In this document: piece by piece, positions 13,746 to 28,135 of the stretch | Position numbering within the stretch: the stretch's first letter is position 1 | Layout of the letters: each line of letters opens with the position of its first letter | Assembly: GCA_951406725.2 (NCBI GenBank) | Contig: OX597823.1 | Span: 41,354,001 to 41,418,000 of the forward strand | From: Octopus vulgaris | Taxonomy: Eukaryota | DNA: 64,000 nt | Direction of reading: 5' to 3' | Notes under the pieces: generated by a model | Seen by the model: only the letters and a program-made list of their open reading frames with translations | What the model was told of the DNA's origin: nothing | The model's database searches: none | Made by a program: the position numbers and the translations under genes

Positions 13746-14149
13746 AATCAAAAACAGAACCCAAAGGATGTCGTGGTACACGCGTTTCAAGCTTTATAAA
13801 TGACCTATTCTTACATCAGTGGATAATAGACATAAAGGATGGTTTAAAGCTCTCTTCAGCCGCATGCAATTGTTATTCCAAAGAGTTACATTACACTATG
13901 AAAAATCCAAAAGGTACATGTAGTATTATCCATAATGATAGGTATATCGTATCTCCCTGAGAGAGTGTATTTGTAAAATTTAATAACCAAAAAGGCGTGT
14001 AAGGTATCATTGGATTTCAAAAATCCGGTTATGAAAATCCGGTTATTTGGTTATGAAATTTTTAAAATACATCCACTGATGTAAGAATAGGTCATTTATA
14101 AAGCTTGAAACATGTGTACCGCAACATCCTTTGTGTTCTGTTTTTGATT
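13746..14149. mobile_element. Fold-back element with 79-bp inverted arms, each with a hammerhead-like motif
   Basis: 13746-13824 is the reverse complement of 14071-14149 with few mismatches. The arm reads CTGATGT-AAG...CTT-GAAAC-GCGT. Confidence 0.7.
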
Positions 14150-14244
14150 TTATTTTATATATATACCCTCTCACCTCTGCCACTAGCTGGCGTATACAGG
14201 TGCTTACACTTATCAAGTATATATATATATATATATATATGGCA

Positions 14245-14400
14245 ATCTTCTACTTTTTGTTTACTAAATTCACCCACAAGTCTTGTGTTGGGTTGGGGCT
14301 ATTGTAGAAATGACTTGCTCAAGGTACTACAAGCAGTGCAACTGAACCTGGAACCATGTGATTGGGAAGCTAACTTCTTAACTACACTACCATGCCTGTA
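14245..14400 (-). mobile_element. tRNA-derived SINE family A, 5' part
   Basis: Reverse complement of GCATGGTAGTGTAGTTAAGAAGTTAGCTTCCCAATCACATGGTTCCAGGTTCAGTT; same head as 24867. Confidence 0.65.
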
Positions 14401-14706
14401 CCTATACACCCACGGCTGCATTTATATATCTACAACCTAATGCAGTTCTACATGTAGATATATGAAGAAAATTTTTTTCTTTTACATTTTATAGATTACA
14501 ATACTGTTAAGAAATGAATCAAAAGCTGAACATAAGAAACACTATATTAGATATATAAACGTCTATGTGTGTGTATGTGTGCTTTAAATGGCTAACCTGC
14601 CTTCCTCTACAATGTGATATTTAATAATGGGAAATGGAAATACCCTGAAAGCCAATAACTTTAAACACGAATTTGTATGAAAATTCACGCAACAGCAACA
14701 CATAGG

Positions 14707-14707
<1 letters not shown>

Positions 14708-14760
<53 letters not shown>

Positions 14761-14838
14761 AGTAGTAGTTGTAGTAGTATTGTTGTTGTTATTATTATTA
14801 CTATTGTTGCTTTGTTATTATTATCATTATTGTTATTA

Positions 14839-14873
<35 letters not shown>

Positions 14874-14875
14874 GA
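14708..14875. repeat. (TTA)n/(TAG)n/(TTG)n compound microsatellite
   Basis: Read directly from the sequence. Confidence 0.95.
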
Positions 14876-15027
14876 TGCACAGTCTTATATGCTTGTTTGT
14901 ACACATATGTGTGTGCATAAACACACATGTTTGCTTATATTATATAAACACAATATAGCTTCATTCTTTTTCAATTTCAATAAAGCCTTCGAACAAAATG
15001 AATGATATATATTCAAACAAAAACTAC

Positions 15028-15125
<98 letters not shown>

Positions 15126-15160
15126 ACAACATCATCATCATCAGCAGCATCAACATCAGC
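15028..15160. repeat. (CAT)n microsatellite
   Basis: About 30 perfect CAT units, then degenerate CAN. Confidence 0.95.
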
Positions 15161-15592
15161 AACAAAGCACTATATTCGCAAAGTAATAACAGTGAAAAGA
15201 AAACAAGACCAACATATGGTAATGAACAAAAGTAACGACACCTACAGCAAACATTATATTAGTCCTTTATTTTTCAATTAAGAAAAATCTAATGGTTTGG
15301 CATTAAAAAAAAAGACCTATAAAAGTATTCTTTGAAGTATCATCAATGAGATATCCAAATTTATTCCCAGCATTTTCTTAATGAATAACTATTAAGGTAG
15401 ATTAGATGCCTGATAGCAAAACATTAGAGCTACTTGTAAATTGAATTTTCTTCATAAGAAAAATTGAATAAAATTTTCAGTTAGGAAATTCTGAAGGTGT
15501 TTTAAAAACAGATTTTAATTTTTATATAATATCTTAATATTTCATTCCCTTTTCTTTCTTTCATTTGTTTTATATTACCGTTCCTCCCAGAA

Positions 15593-15700
15593 TTCTTCTT
15601 CTTCTTCTTCTTCTTCTTCTTCTCCTTCTTCTTCTTCTTCTTCTTCTTCTTCTTCTTCTTCTCCTTCTTCTTCTTCTTCTTCTTCTTCTCCTCTCCTTCT
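15593..15700. repeat. (CTT)n microsatellite
   Basis: Read directly from the sequence. Confidence 0.95.
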
Positions 15701-17015
15701 TCTCATAAGTATCTTCCTTTGTATCTATCCCTCAACTGTCCCCCTCTCTCTTCCTTATCTTTCCCTTACTTTGTTTATAAGTCACTTCCTCTCACTACTC
15801 ATCCTCATCCCCCTCTTACTTCTCTCCTCTTTCTTCCATTCACTTCTTCTATCCATGCCTTTACCTCTCCCCACCTTATTTTCTTACTCTATCACATTTT
15901 CTCTCTTGTACACATGCTCACCTCTCTACTCCCTTTCTCATCGCCATTCTTTCACACACTACCTAATTCACACACACATACAGTGAGTATAATGAATTTT
16001 AATCAACAATGAACTCTTCACTTATTAACACTAAAAATGTTAATTGATTCAAGCTATAGATAAAAGAGAAAGCAGACAAACGTGGTGAATTTTATTCAGT
16101 CATTATTCACATGATGATATTTTGTTTAATAAAGAAGAAAAGAAAAGCATTTTCAAGCAATTATCTTTGAAAATTCTGTTAATTAACCAGATTTTATCTT
16201 GGCAAATTTTAAAAAAAAATTTCTCAAAATTAAAATTAAAATCTGCAATTTCTCTTTAATATTTACTTATTTTGTTTGCACTTTACTTATTTTCCTTTTT
16301 ATTTTGTTTTTGTTTTATTTCTTTACGTTACTAATTTTGCCTATCTTTATTTAGCAATAGAGCATTTTGTTGTACAAAAGTATTGGCATTTTATTGAGAG
16401 CTGATAGATGGATAGATAGCTGGCTGGCTGGATGGATGGACAGATGGATGGATGGATGGATTTAGAGAGATCGATAGAGAGGTAGATTCTGTGAGAGAGA
16501 GTTTTACATAGCTAGATGTAGTTAGATACATTTAGAGAGATGGGTTTTTAGATAGATATATTTACGTAGATATAATTAGTTTGATTTAGAAAGATAACTA
16601 GATATAGATATATAGAGAGATTTAGATAGATGGATAAATAGATATAGATATATAGATTTAGATAGATATACACAGATAGATTTAGATAGATAAAATTAGA
16701 AGGGTTTAGATTGATATAAAGAGAAGATTAGCTGGATAGTAAGGGAGACCAATAGACAGTTAAGGCAGATGGGCATGTGTGTGTATGTGTGTGAAGACTG
16801 ATAGAGAGATAACTATAGATAGATAAGTACATGGAGTGATATTTATACATGGAAAACGTTGACACTTGGAAGTTTTAGCCCAGCAGCCATCATCAGTGAG
16901 AAGTGATCAATTCTGTCTGATGATGGCTATTAAACCAAAACTTTGGAGCTAGTGTTAACCTTTTTCTTTGTAAAAATAAATATAAATTATATTCTGCCGA
17001 TTGGAACTAAGTGAT

Positions 17016-17070
<55 letters not shown>

Positions 17071-18134
17071 GTATGTGTGTGTGTGTGCATAAAAACAAGC
17101 ATTAATAGATACATAAAGAATAAAAGATAAAGTGTGAAATCAGATTTTGAAAGAGAGAAAGGGGAGAATGAAAGTGTAGTGCAAAGATAGAAGATGGAAT
17201 GGAATTGGTAAATGGTGAATGAGACGCATATAAATATTCTTTTCTTTCCTTCATTGTTTCTCTCTCTAACTCCTCCCCTCCCCTTCATTTCATACACATT
17301 AATTTTAATTTAACATTTATATCATAATTATATCAAAACATGTAGTGATCAGAAAAATAAGTCTGTTGATTGTATTATTTCATTTTTAGCTTTCTTTCTC
17401 CCAATTCTTTTGTTGAATTAGTAGGAAACAAATTAAACAAGAACTACGAAAGACTTGATAATAATGGTAATAAAACTGATAGCATAATTACCATCACCCT
17501 TAATTACTGTATTACAGACATGAAACTTTGCAGTTTGCTTTTAAATAGAGACTTATTTTTAGATTATATGTGTCTGCATTTGAACTTCTCCATTCCCCAT
17601 ACCTTTGTATTCCATGTTTTGTTGCACAAGAGATGCAATCAATAATACACTAATGCTCAGCTGTCTAGGTGGACCTCCAAGGTATGAGGTAAGCAGAAGT
17701 CTTCTTCCTTCATTCAAATCTACTCACCTCATAACTTGAGGTTACACCCTGACACCTCATTGCCGCAGTTCTTTTAGTTTCTCTTTCCAGCTCCCCATCC
17801 CCACTTCACCGTAGTAGCACAGCAACTTGGGCAAGAGTCTTCTACTATTGCCCTGGGATGAGCAATACCTTATGAGTAAATTTAGTAGATGGAAACTGTG
17901 TGGAAGTCTATCATATGTGTATGTATACATTTGAATTTATCCCTCTTCAGCTATTTGGAAACTGCTGTTGGTTTGTTTACATTCTTGTAACTTCAGTGCG
18001 GCAAAAGAACTAAAAGTATAAGTACCAGGCTTAAAATACATACTGGGACTAATTTCTTCAACTAAACTTCTGAAAGCAGTATCCCAACATATCCACAGTC
18101 CTATGATGGGAACAAGTGAAAAGGCCTGCATGTA

Positions 18135-18688
18135 CAGGGTTACTCAAAAGAACGTACTAATTTCATTACGCCATATTTTAATAAGGAGAAGCAATAGAAA
18201 ACTCCAGCTAAGTCACAAGTATTTACTCACAATCAACTTTTTTTCCCTGTCTTACAAGTGTTCAATGTGGCCAGTACCTGCAGCACAGCCAACATTGATG
18301 CAATAAGAGATTTCCTCCCAGATGCATATCAGCATATCACGATCCACTGAGCTGATCATTGTTGTTATTTGATGTTTAAGGTGTGGCAGCCATTCAGAAC
18401 TTGGAAAACTTCACCACTACCCACTAACCTCGATGAGCTTGAACATCAAATAACAACAGTGATCAACTCAGTGGATCGTGATATGCTGATACACGTCTGG
18501 GCAGAATTCTTTTATCGCATTGATGTTGCCCATGCTGCAGGTGGTGGCCGCATTGAACACTTGTAAGACAGGAAATAAAAGTTGATTGTGAGTAAATACT
18601 TGTGACTTAGCTGGAGTTTTCTGTTGCTTTTCCTTAGTAAAATATTGCATAATGAAATCAGTTCATTCTTTTATTTTGAATAACTCTG
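18135..18688. mobile_element. Fold-back Tc1/mariner MITE built from two inverted transposon 3' ends
   Basis: TA|CAGGGTTA...TAACTCTG|TA. Arms are ~18135-18380 and ~18428-18688. The right arm encodes LDELEHQITTVINSVDRDMLIHVWAEFFYRIDVAHAAGGGRIEHL*, a Tc1/mariner transposase C-terminus. Confidence 0.88.
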
Positions 18689-20576
18689 TATATACATGAT
18701 ATGATGGTAGTCTTTCATAGTCTGAGAAAGATGCTTCTGCAATTTCTTGAACAATATGCACAAATAATTTGCTTATAGTGATTACGTGTTTGTGCCTTAG
18801 ATTAGCTCACTCACTCTATGAAATCAATGTTGCTTAAACAATGCAGGGTATTCCACATGTCAGGTTGCAGCATGAAATGAAGTGTTTTATTTAAGAACTC
18901 AATGTACCACCTGGTCCAAGGTTTGAAACCACGATCTTGCAATTTTGAGTGAAACACCCTAATCACTTGGCCATGTGCCTTTACCTGCATATATATATAT
19001 GGGTAGATGAATATTCAGCCTTGACTGACAGAAGCCTCTCATTCATTTAAATAAATAACATATTTCAACAACTTTAATATTCAATTTTCCAGGATTTTCC
19101 CTATGAAGAATAAAAAGAAAAAGACCATTTTGCTTCAGGATTAGCAACAAATATAATCTTACTCTTTTATTCTATTCTGCAGTCTTTTTTCGAGTTGTCT
19201 GGCTAATACATTGAGCAGTTAGTCATTCGTGTATTAATTTCTTCTTTTCCATTTTGTTTGAAAGAGATATGAAAGGCAATAATTACCTGCATTTTATTTT
19301 TACATTTTTTTTACTTGTTATTGTTTTATATTGAAAGTGCCTAAGCCAGACACTATATATATACATATATTACATTGTCCAGTAAAAGTACTATGTGTTC
19401 CAGAATACAAGTGTATTCCTCAAGTATGGATAAAATGTCTCAGTAACATATAATACTGAAATCAATTAAATCAGTTGTAGCTTTTCTCTTATTGAGATTT
19501 TTTTCTTCATATTGAAATAAACTTATTTCTCACTCAGCATTATTAGATATGAAATCTGTTCTCTGACTAATCTTTTGTCACTAACATCTTCCTAAAGTTA
19601 TTAACATTTTTTTTTTTTTTGTATAAGTTATTGCACCACTACCAAAATAAATTGTTTTAGCTGAATATCAAATTTACATCGCAGAATTCCTTCAAGAACT
19701 TTCTACTAGTAACCTACATTATTTATTTTATTAATGGCTAAATCTTTATCAATCAACTTTACATAAAATTTGTGATATACCACAGAAAATACGGTTAGCA
19801 AGCAACAAAAAAAAATAGTACAACACACATGAATTTTGGAAACATGTTCATCATGCTTAGTATTGCCGAACCATGAAATAACCTACCAGTGTCTGCTGTT
19901 ACCTGTCAAGACACTGCATCCTTCAAAAATTCTGTGCTTCCTGAAATTCACCATCACTGGTCCTGATATGCATAGGCACCCATTCCTCTTTACGACTCTT
20001 TTACTTTTCACTTTTTCTGATGTTTATGTTTTGTCCAGTGAACTCTGCACACACTTTTGACTTTTGTTGTGGTCTTTCTTTACTTGATTTATTGCTGCTT
20101 TCAGTCCCTGTTTTCAAGCAAATTGTAGTGCACCTGAATACTGTATACAATAAGCTCATTATTATTATCATTGTTGTTATTATTTAGGCTGTTTAAGGCA
20201 GTAGCTGATGGAATTGTTACTGCCTCAGACAAAATGGTTGATGGCATTTTTTTCGACTTTACAGTCTGAGTTAAAATTCTGCTGGGGTTGACTTGGTCTT
20301 TCATCCTTTCACAGTCAATAAAATAAGAGTTGCTGAAGTATGGAACAAACTGCCAGCATCAGTTGTTAGTTGCTGGAGCACTGCATCCTTCAAAACTTCC
20401 ATGCTTCCTGAGATTTGCCAACACTACACCTGATTTTCTCTCCTCCATACACATGCAAGCATGTATCTGACTCGTACAATGTTCACTTTCCAGACATTTG
20501 TATATTACTGCATATGCTTTATACGCCCTTTTGACATGTTGTGGTGCACCTGAGCACTGTATACAATAATTTCATT

Positions 20577-20881
20577 GTGGCCACCATCCGAACGTGGCTG
20601 TTGCCAGCGCCGCCTTGGCTGGCTTCAGTGCCAGTGGCACGTTAAAAGCTCCAACCGATCGTGGCCGATGCCAGACCCCCCCTGGCACCTGTACAGGTGG
20701 CACGTAAAACGCACCCACTACACTTGCGGAGTGGTTGGCGTTAGGAAGGGCATCCAGCTGTAGAAACTCTGCCAGATCAGACTGGAGCCTGGTGCAGCCC
20801 CTGGCTTCCCAGACCCCAGTCGAACCGTCCAACCCGTGCTAGCACGGAAAACGGACGTTAAACGATGATGATGATGATGAT
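20577..20881 (+). mobile_element. RTE 3' UTR fragment, low divergence
   Basis: Closely similar to 1735-2105 and ends in (GAT)n. Confidence 0.88.
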
Positions 20882-22708
20882 ATTATATAAGTACCAGTTC
20901 AGCTCTGGGGTCAATGTAATTGACTTGCATCCTCCTCAACAATTGTTGCCCTGGTGCCAAAATTTGAAACAATTATTATTGAGGTTGTGAGCTAGCTGAA
21001 TCATTAGCATGTTGGCTAAGATACGTAGCAGCATTTTTTCTGGCTCTTTATGTTCTGAGTTCAGATGTTGCTGAGATTAGCTTTGCCCTTCATTCTTTCA
21101 AGATTGGCAGATTAAAGTACCAGTCAAGTGCTGTAATCAACTAATGGTTCCTCAGCTGGTTGTATCTATTACAAGAAGCATAATCATTTCCTTATAATAT
21201 TTGGCAGGATTAAAAGTTTGAATTTGAAATTATGGGGATTATAAAGGAAAAAAAAATTGATGGAATTCACATATTATTTTTAATTTATATATTGTTTTAT
21301 TGTAATTTATCTTTTACTTATTATGAATTTTGTAAATCTATTACAAAATTTTAAAAACCTCTCCTGAACGAGAAATACAAAAACGAAAAACACTACAATA
21401 CCTTTACTTCTTTATTTCTTCAGGAACCAGTAATTTCTTGTATGTAGGTTCCTTCCTTGGAAGGATGTATTAGGAAAGATTATTCACCTTATTATTGAGT
21501 TGCACCTCATTTTACACTTGAAACAAATTTTCAGTTTTAGTGATTAAATAAAATTTCTAAATTATTGGGGAAGCCAATGTTTACTTAACATATGTATGTA
21601 TATGTGTTTTGTATAGTTGTAATATGTTTGTATGAGTGCATACATTGTATGTATGTATGTATGTATGTATGGATGGATGTATGGATGCATGCATGCATGC
21701 AAGCAAGTGAAATTGTAGGTGTTACATTAGAGTTTTCTTCAAGAGAAACATCTAAACATAACTAGGAGGTCTCTGACTCCCAGCTGTTGGATGGCTATTG
21801 ACTCTACGAAGGATGTTCTTTGACAGGTTTTGCTTCTCGTCCTGCAGGGTGTCCAATGAAATCCACCCTCCTTGGCAGGGTTGCTGGTTTAATCCCTGAC
21901 AACTCAACTATGCAACAGGTTATGTTGGGTTATATGCTACTTGTAGCGCTAAGTGTGATCTGACATATGATAAGTTATCTCAGAGTAAAAGACCTTCACA
22001 CAAACTGAAATTTAGGTATAAGGCCTGCATCAAAAATACACTGGAGAAGGTTGAATTCTTGGAAAATAGATGTGAAAACCTTGCTCTAGATCATTCATCA
22101 AGAAAAAAAGCAGAACATGATGGGAAGATGGAATTTGAATGAAATCAGATAGAGTGTGAGCAGTTCAAGAAAGATGTACTATTTGCAGTTTGTTTCAGTA
22201 TGTTGCTGCACAGCTCAATTTAATGTGTATATGTGTGTGTGCGGCTTAATGGTTCAGGTGTTGCACCTATGAATCATATGATAGTAGTTTTGATTCCAGG
22301 ACTGGGTGATGTGTCATGTTCTTGACCAAAACATTTCATTTCATATTACTGCAGTCCACTCAGTTGGCAAAAGTGAATAATCTTGTGACAGACCAGAGTC
22401 TTATCCAGTTGGGAAATATGTACAACACAGACCCCAGGAAACCTCATAGCCTTATGAGCCTATGGCTTGGGAAGGAGTTTGATATTTACTTTTGTGCTAC
22501 ATACATATGAAAGTGTGTGTGTATGTGCAGTAGTTTGAGTGAATGATTATTGTTCTACATTTAGCAACAAATAATAAATTTTGTTGACAATTCTCTGTCT
22601 ACTGGAAATTGTCTACTAGCTCCTAGCTTGCAGAAAAGTTGGTAAGTGCTAATGACCAGAAGAATATGAGTCTGCAAAAGAATGCTTCAATAACATGCAT
22701 TTGTGTTT

Positions 22709-23053
22709 AAGTGGCTCTCAACTGAGGTCCATATGACTCCTAGTGGTCCATATAAGATTTTTGGGGGTTCATGCCAGAAAAATAGTAAATTGTGAGGACC
22801 CACAATAATATATTAATGGGGTCAGAAAAAAAAAGATTTTGTTTTAGATGTATTTTATAGTAAGAAACAGCTAGATTTCTTTCTTGAATGTTTTACATAG
22901 TTCAACTTGCACAAGTTAATGTGTGGAAAACAAAACATGGAATTTTGAAAGAAGTTTCTATAAAACTGGTTTTTAAACATAGAATAAGTGTGGAGATCCA
23001 CCAAAATACAATAGTAATCAAAGGGGTCCATAAATAAAAGATGACTGAGAACC
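22709..23053. mobile_element. hAT-like MITE (same family as 52688-53324)
   Basis: AGTGGCTCTCAAC...TGAGAACC termini; internal similarity to the 52688 copy. Confidence 0.6.
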
Positions 23054-24866
23054 TTAGAATGATGAATCAGATTAAAACAAATGAGTGAATAAAGTTAGAT
23101 TGTACTCTCAGTTTAATCCAATCTGCTTTTTACTCAGATGTGACCTCCTTATCAAGAAACTGGCTTAAGAGTAATTTTTGTTGAATAGCAATCTCTTACC
23201 ATGTTTCTTCTGGAAATATTCCATCAATATATGTGTGTGTGTGTGTGTGTGTATCTTTATGTGGTGCTCTTGTACTTAAAAATCATACCTGAAGATTACA
23301 TTATCAAAAGAAGTATAGGTACAGACGTATGCACATTTATTGCGAAAACCAATAAAATTATTGTTATATACTTAAACAAAGTCCACCACTCTGTTTCGTA
23401 GGATCATATGCACGTGCACATACACTCTCGCATTAAGTGAAGATGTAAGAAAACTAAGAACAAAGGGAAGTAATATCGTGAATTTTAGATAAATCTAACA
23501 TAAATCTCTGGATAATATTCACACATATAAATATTAATTTATTAGCTGTTAACTGATTTTCAATATCATAACTTTATGCTTTTAATATCAGAGCCATTAG
23601 TGATCTCTGCACTATTGAATACAGTTAGGACTCTACCATGCTACCATAAGTGAAATCACACACACACACACACACTTGTATGTGTCTGTGTATGAGTATA
23701 TATCTTTTGTGTGTATGCTTTTATACTAAATATTAATATTTTGTTTGAGGATTCCATTGCTATTCTCATATCCATATATTTAGTTATATCAATATAACTG
23801 CACTTACAAATAATATCTGTTATATATGAAGATGTTCATGTTATAATATATGCATGTAAAATTACTTCATTTTGTCATTTTAGTGGTTTTCAGTGGTTTC
23901 ACTCACAAGACTGTAACCATTCTGAGGCACCACCTTGAATGGTTTAGTTTAAAATTATGACCCTAGTATCTATTTCAGTCTGCTTCATATTTTGTCTACT
24001 TGTTGCATTGGTAAATTTCAAGACTTAAAAGATTATTTCTTCTAGACTGGTGTCATTTGAACTCTCTCTTTCACACACACAAACACACACACATATATGA
24101 TATATGTACTCATATGCATTTTTATATATATATACATACATACACACATATAAACACATAAACTGAATGCAAACACACTTAATCTGTTATCAGTTGTTGA
24201 CAGAATATCGCAGTTTTGATACCTTCAGGCAGTGCTGTTGAACTTGGTAGTTTCTGCAACAAAAGCTACTAAGTTATTAACAAGTAGACTCAATTGACAT
24301 ACAAGACCAGAAAATGCTGGAAAAAAAAAAAAAAAGCTTGCATGCATGCACGCACACAAAATCTTTTGTATAATATATGGATTCAGAGAATTGTGTGACT
24401 ATCACAGAAAACTTCTGTAATGGACTTGGCTATCAGACAACAAAGTAACCCAATGCAGAGAAGTGTAATGCTGAGTGTCCATGCAGCTGAATCCAGAAAA
24501 TCCAATCAATGAAATTATTTCATGAGGATAAAGCATTATAAGTACAAGAGATGAACATATTTCTTGAAACACTCGACGGTCTTAGGATTATAGCCATTTC
24601 ACAGCATTCTTTATAGAGAAGTAATTTTAGTGTGGAATAAATTATGTTTGCATGTTTGCAGTTTACAATGTATCCACAAATCAATGCAAATAAAGGTAGC
24701 TTGTCAGATCACCAAAACCTCATGGTTACACCAAAGACACAATTCTAAGTATACATACAAAATTTTCTTTTTATATATTATAATGTATGGAAACCTGAAA
24801 TAATCTTGGTTTGATCAGGAAAAGAAAAATGTGTTGTTTTTTGTTAAAGAGATTTTGTATATATAC

Positions 24867-25036
24867 AGGTGCAGGAGTGGCTGTGTGGTAAGTAGCTTGC
24901 TTACCAACCACATGGTTTCAGGTTCAGTCCCACTGTGTGACACCTTGGGCAAGTGTCTTCTACAATAGCTTTGGGCCAACCAAAGCCTTGTGGGTGGATT
25001 TGGTAGACAGAAACTGAAAGAAGCCCAACGTGTATG

Positions 25037-25067
<31 letters not shown>

Positions 25068-25280
25068 ATGGATATGTTTGTGTATCTGTGTTTGTTTCCC
25101 CAACATCACTTGACAACTGATGCTGGTGTATTTATATCCATATAACTTAGTGCTTCGGCAAAAGAGACCAATAGAAAAGGTACTAGGCTTACAAAGAATA
25201 AGTCCTGGGGGCGATTTGCTTGACAAAGGGCAGTGCTCCAGCATGGCCGCAGTCAAATGACTGGAGCAAATAAAAGAATA
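24867..25280 (+). mobile_element. Full-length tRNA-derived SINE family A
   Basis: Pol III-like head (GGCTGTGTGGTAAG; GGTTCAGTCCC), CACCTTGGGCAAGTGTCTTC core, internal TA/TG microsatellite, 3' GCTCCAGCATGGCCGCAGTCAAATGACTG. Many copies in the window. Confidence 0.88.
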
Positions 25281-25530
25281 CTTAGTTGTATTGTTGATGT
25301 AACCATGATATTCTGGTGACCTGATGATCTATCTTTCTTTATTTGCACTGAATTTGTGAATATACAAAATATATAATGCATAGCATGCATATTAATGCAA
25401 ACATGTAAACATGGTTTATTCCACACTGAAATTATTTCGACATGAGGAAGGCTGTGAAATCGCTTAAACCTAAGGATGACAAGCGGTTAAATAAATATAA
25501 TCATCTCTCATGTCTCCTGACATTTTATGG

Positions 25531-25574
<44 letters not shown>

Positions 25575-25869
25575 CACAAATGCAACTTTGCACAAATATT
25601 ATACATATGCACATGCACATACACACATTTACGCACATGCATGCATGTGCACACACACACACACACGCACACATACACACACACATGCATGCACAGATGT
25701 ATCTGTATCTCGGTGTGTGTGTTTCTGCAAGTGAGTTTGTGCTTCCCTTCATCTTTACTGGATGTAAACAAAAGACTCATTCCACCAGTGTCATTTGATT
25801 GTTGTTTGATAGACAGTGGGACTATGATGTCCCTTGGAAACTGGAGGGTGTTATTATCAAGATGGGTAT

Positions 25870-26435
25870 CTGGCCATCTAAAGCTCTGTGTCCAACTTAC
25901 TCTTGTCTGACCCAACATATGTGCATACATGCACATACATGCTTTGCAATCCAGGGGTAGGAAATAGCAACCAATTTCCTGATGCACAAAAGGGACGAAG
26001 ACACATGTAAAACACCAAATGTAATGTAGACTTTGCGTAGGTAACCCTGAAGCTATCAACCACATCATAAACAGTTATTCAAATTTGTCATTGTGTTATT
26101 ACCTAACGATGAAACATGATGTTATAGCCAAGACACTGCAGAATGAAATCTATCAGAATAATTCTGAAGCAAAAGGCATGAGTATCCACAGTGTTGTAGA
26201 GGCCATAACCACTCATAGTATGAAAGAGTACTGGTGAAATATTCCAGTGAAGACTTCAATAAAATGCATATGCAATAGATCCAACATAGAGATTTGAGAG
26301 AGAAGAAAAACTATCTACAGTACCGGAAATCAGTTGATTGGTGAGAAAGAAAACACCTACACTGAACTATTGAGAAATTTACGACTACCTACCTTGTGCG
26401 TATAGCAGAAAGGATTATCATTATTATTATTATTA
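25870..26435 (+). mobile_element. Degenerate R4/Dong-type LINE C-terminus (zinc knuckle and REL endonuclease region)
   Basis: FAIQG*EIATNFLMHKRD, then from 26025 CRLCVGNPEAINHIINSYSNLSLCYYLTMKHDVIAKTL..KEYW*NIPVKTSIKC. Followed by (ATT)n. Confidence 0.75.
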
Positions 26436-26444
26436 AAGTAATGC

Positions 26445-26656
26445 AGTGGGATGGTAGACCTGTTAGCATGCCAGCTGAAATGCATAGCAGTATTTTGTCT
26501 ATCTTCATGTTCTGAGTTCAAATTCCACTGTGGTTGGCTTTGCCTTTCATCCTTTCAGGGTTGATAAAATGAGTACCAGTACCAGTACTGGGATCGATGT
26601 AATCAACTTAGCCCCTACTCCAAATTTCAGGCCTTGTGACTATAGTACAAAGAATT

Positions 26657-26690
<34 letters not shown>

Positions 26691-26890
26691 AAAAGTCAAG
26701 CTATCAGAATCATTAGCACACACTGGGCAAAATGCTTAGTGGCATTTCTTCCTATTGAATGTTCTGAGTTCAAATTCTACTAAGCTCATCCTTATCTTTC
26801 ATCCTTTCAGGTTCAATAAAATAAGTACTAGTTGAACACTGGGGTTGATGTAATTAACTTACTCCCTTCAAAATATTTGGCTTTGCACCT
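26445..26890 (+). mobile_element. Two tandem copies of SINE family B separated by (TTA)n
   Basis: Each has GTTCTGAGTTCAAATTC..CTTTCATCCTTTCAGG..AGTAC; same family as 55393. Confidence 0.75.
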
Positions 26891-26914
26891 ATACTATTAT
26901 TATTGTTATTATCA

Positions 26915-27800
26915 TTATTCAGTAGTCTTATTTTTATAATGTGCTTTCACTGTACTACCAAGTGCAGCTCTGTGTGCCTTGGGTATGTGCTGATGTTTGT
27001 TGTGATGCTCTTATAGTTACTGTATTGAAAGTGTTTTACGTAGGATGTGTGCAGTACCTAGTAGTGCTATTTTCTGTATGTTATATATTTGTTAGTCCTG
27101 GTGTTTTTTGTTATGTATTTGTCTGAATATTTTATCATCCCTAATGCACCTACTATGATATGAATTGTTTCTGTTTTTAGACTCCACATCCAAGTTATCT
27201 GTATTTCCAGGTCTTTGTATTTTGAAAGTGTTGATACCTATTATCTTGTTTTTCACATTGGGATCTGTTTTCAGTATTAATCTAACTCACCTATAGTATT
27301 CTTTTTTTTATTTTCTCTTTCAATTGTGTGTGTTGTATCATTCCAAGTTCATCGATTCCTGAATATTTGTATGTCTGGCTTTGGTCTAATTCTCTTCTTT
27401 CCTTTGCTTTATCTAGTGTGATGTTACTACTCTTAACTAGTTTCTCTCTTTTCAAGGTTGCTTTGACACATTTTTCTAAGCCAAATTTCGTATTTATTTC
27501 CTTGGTAAATCAATGTACTCTCTGTAGTAATGTTTCCAGCTGTTTATCATTTGTAGCTTACAGTTTTAGGTCATCCATATATAAGAGGTGGCTGATTGTT
27601 TTGCTGTAACAGTTGTATCTGCATCCAGTTCTGTTTAGCATGTCAGATAAAGGTGTCAGTGCCAAGCAGAAAAGGAGTGGAGAGAGTGTGTCTCCCTGGA
27701 ATATTCCTCTTCTAATGGGGATGGCTTTTGTTTTTATGAGTCCCTCTTTTGTTTGGAGCTGTAGCACTCTCTGCCACTTATTTATGGAATGTGTTATATT
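26915..27800 (-). mobile_element. R4/Dong-clade LINE, 5'-truncated and internally deleted
   Basis: RT motifs RRGIFQGDTLSPLLFCLALTPLS..ISHLLYMDDLKL are joined at ~27228 to the C-terminal KYKDLEIQITWMWSLKTETIHIIVGALGMIK. (TAA)n-type repeats flank both sides. Confidence 0.88.
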
Positions 27801-27805
27801 TATTA

Positions 27806-27907
<102 letters not shown>

Positions 27908-27916
27908 TTGGATATT

Positions 27917-28135
27917 GGCAGTGAGCTGGTAGAATCATTAGTATGTTGGACAAAATGTTAACTGACAGTTCTTCTGGATCTTCATGTTTGGAGTTCAAAT
28001 TCCTCTGTGGTTGACTCTGCCTTTCTGCCTTTCCTGGTCAATAAAATAAGGTATCAGTCAAGTATGAGTATCAATGTAATTGATAAATGCAACTCACCTC
28101 AAAAATGCTGGCTTTGCTCCAAAATCTGAAACATT
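27917..28135 (+). mobile_element. SINE family B
   Basis: GGCAGTGAGCTGGTAGAATCATTAG...GAGTTCAAATTCC. Confidence 0.7.

Noticed and set aside
14998-15235. Poly-His and poly-Ile ORFs
   Set aside because: (CAT)n microsatellite with no evidence of an exon.
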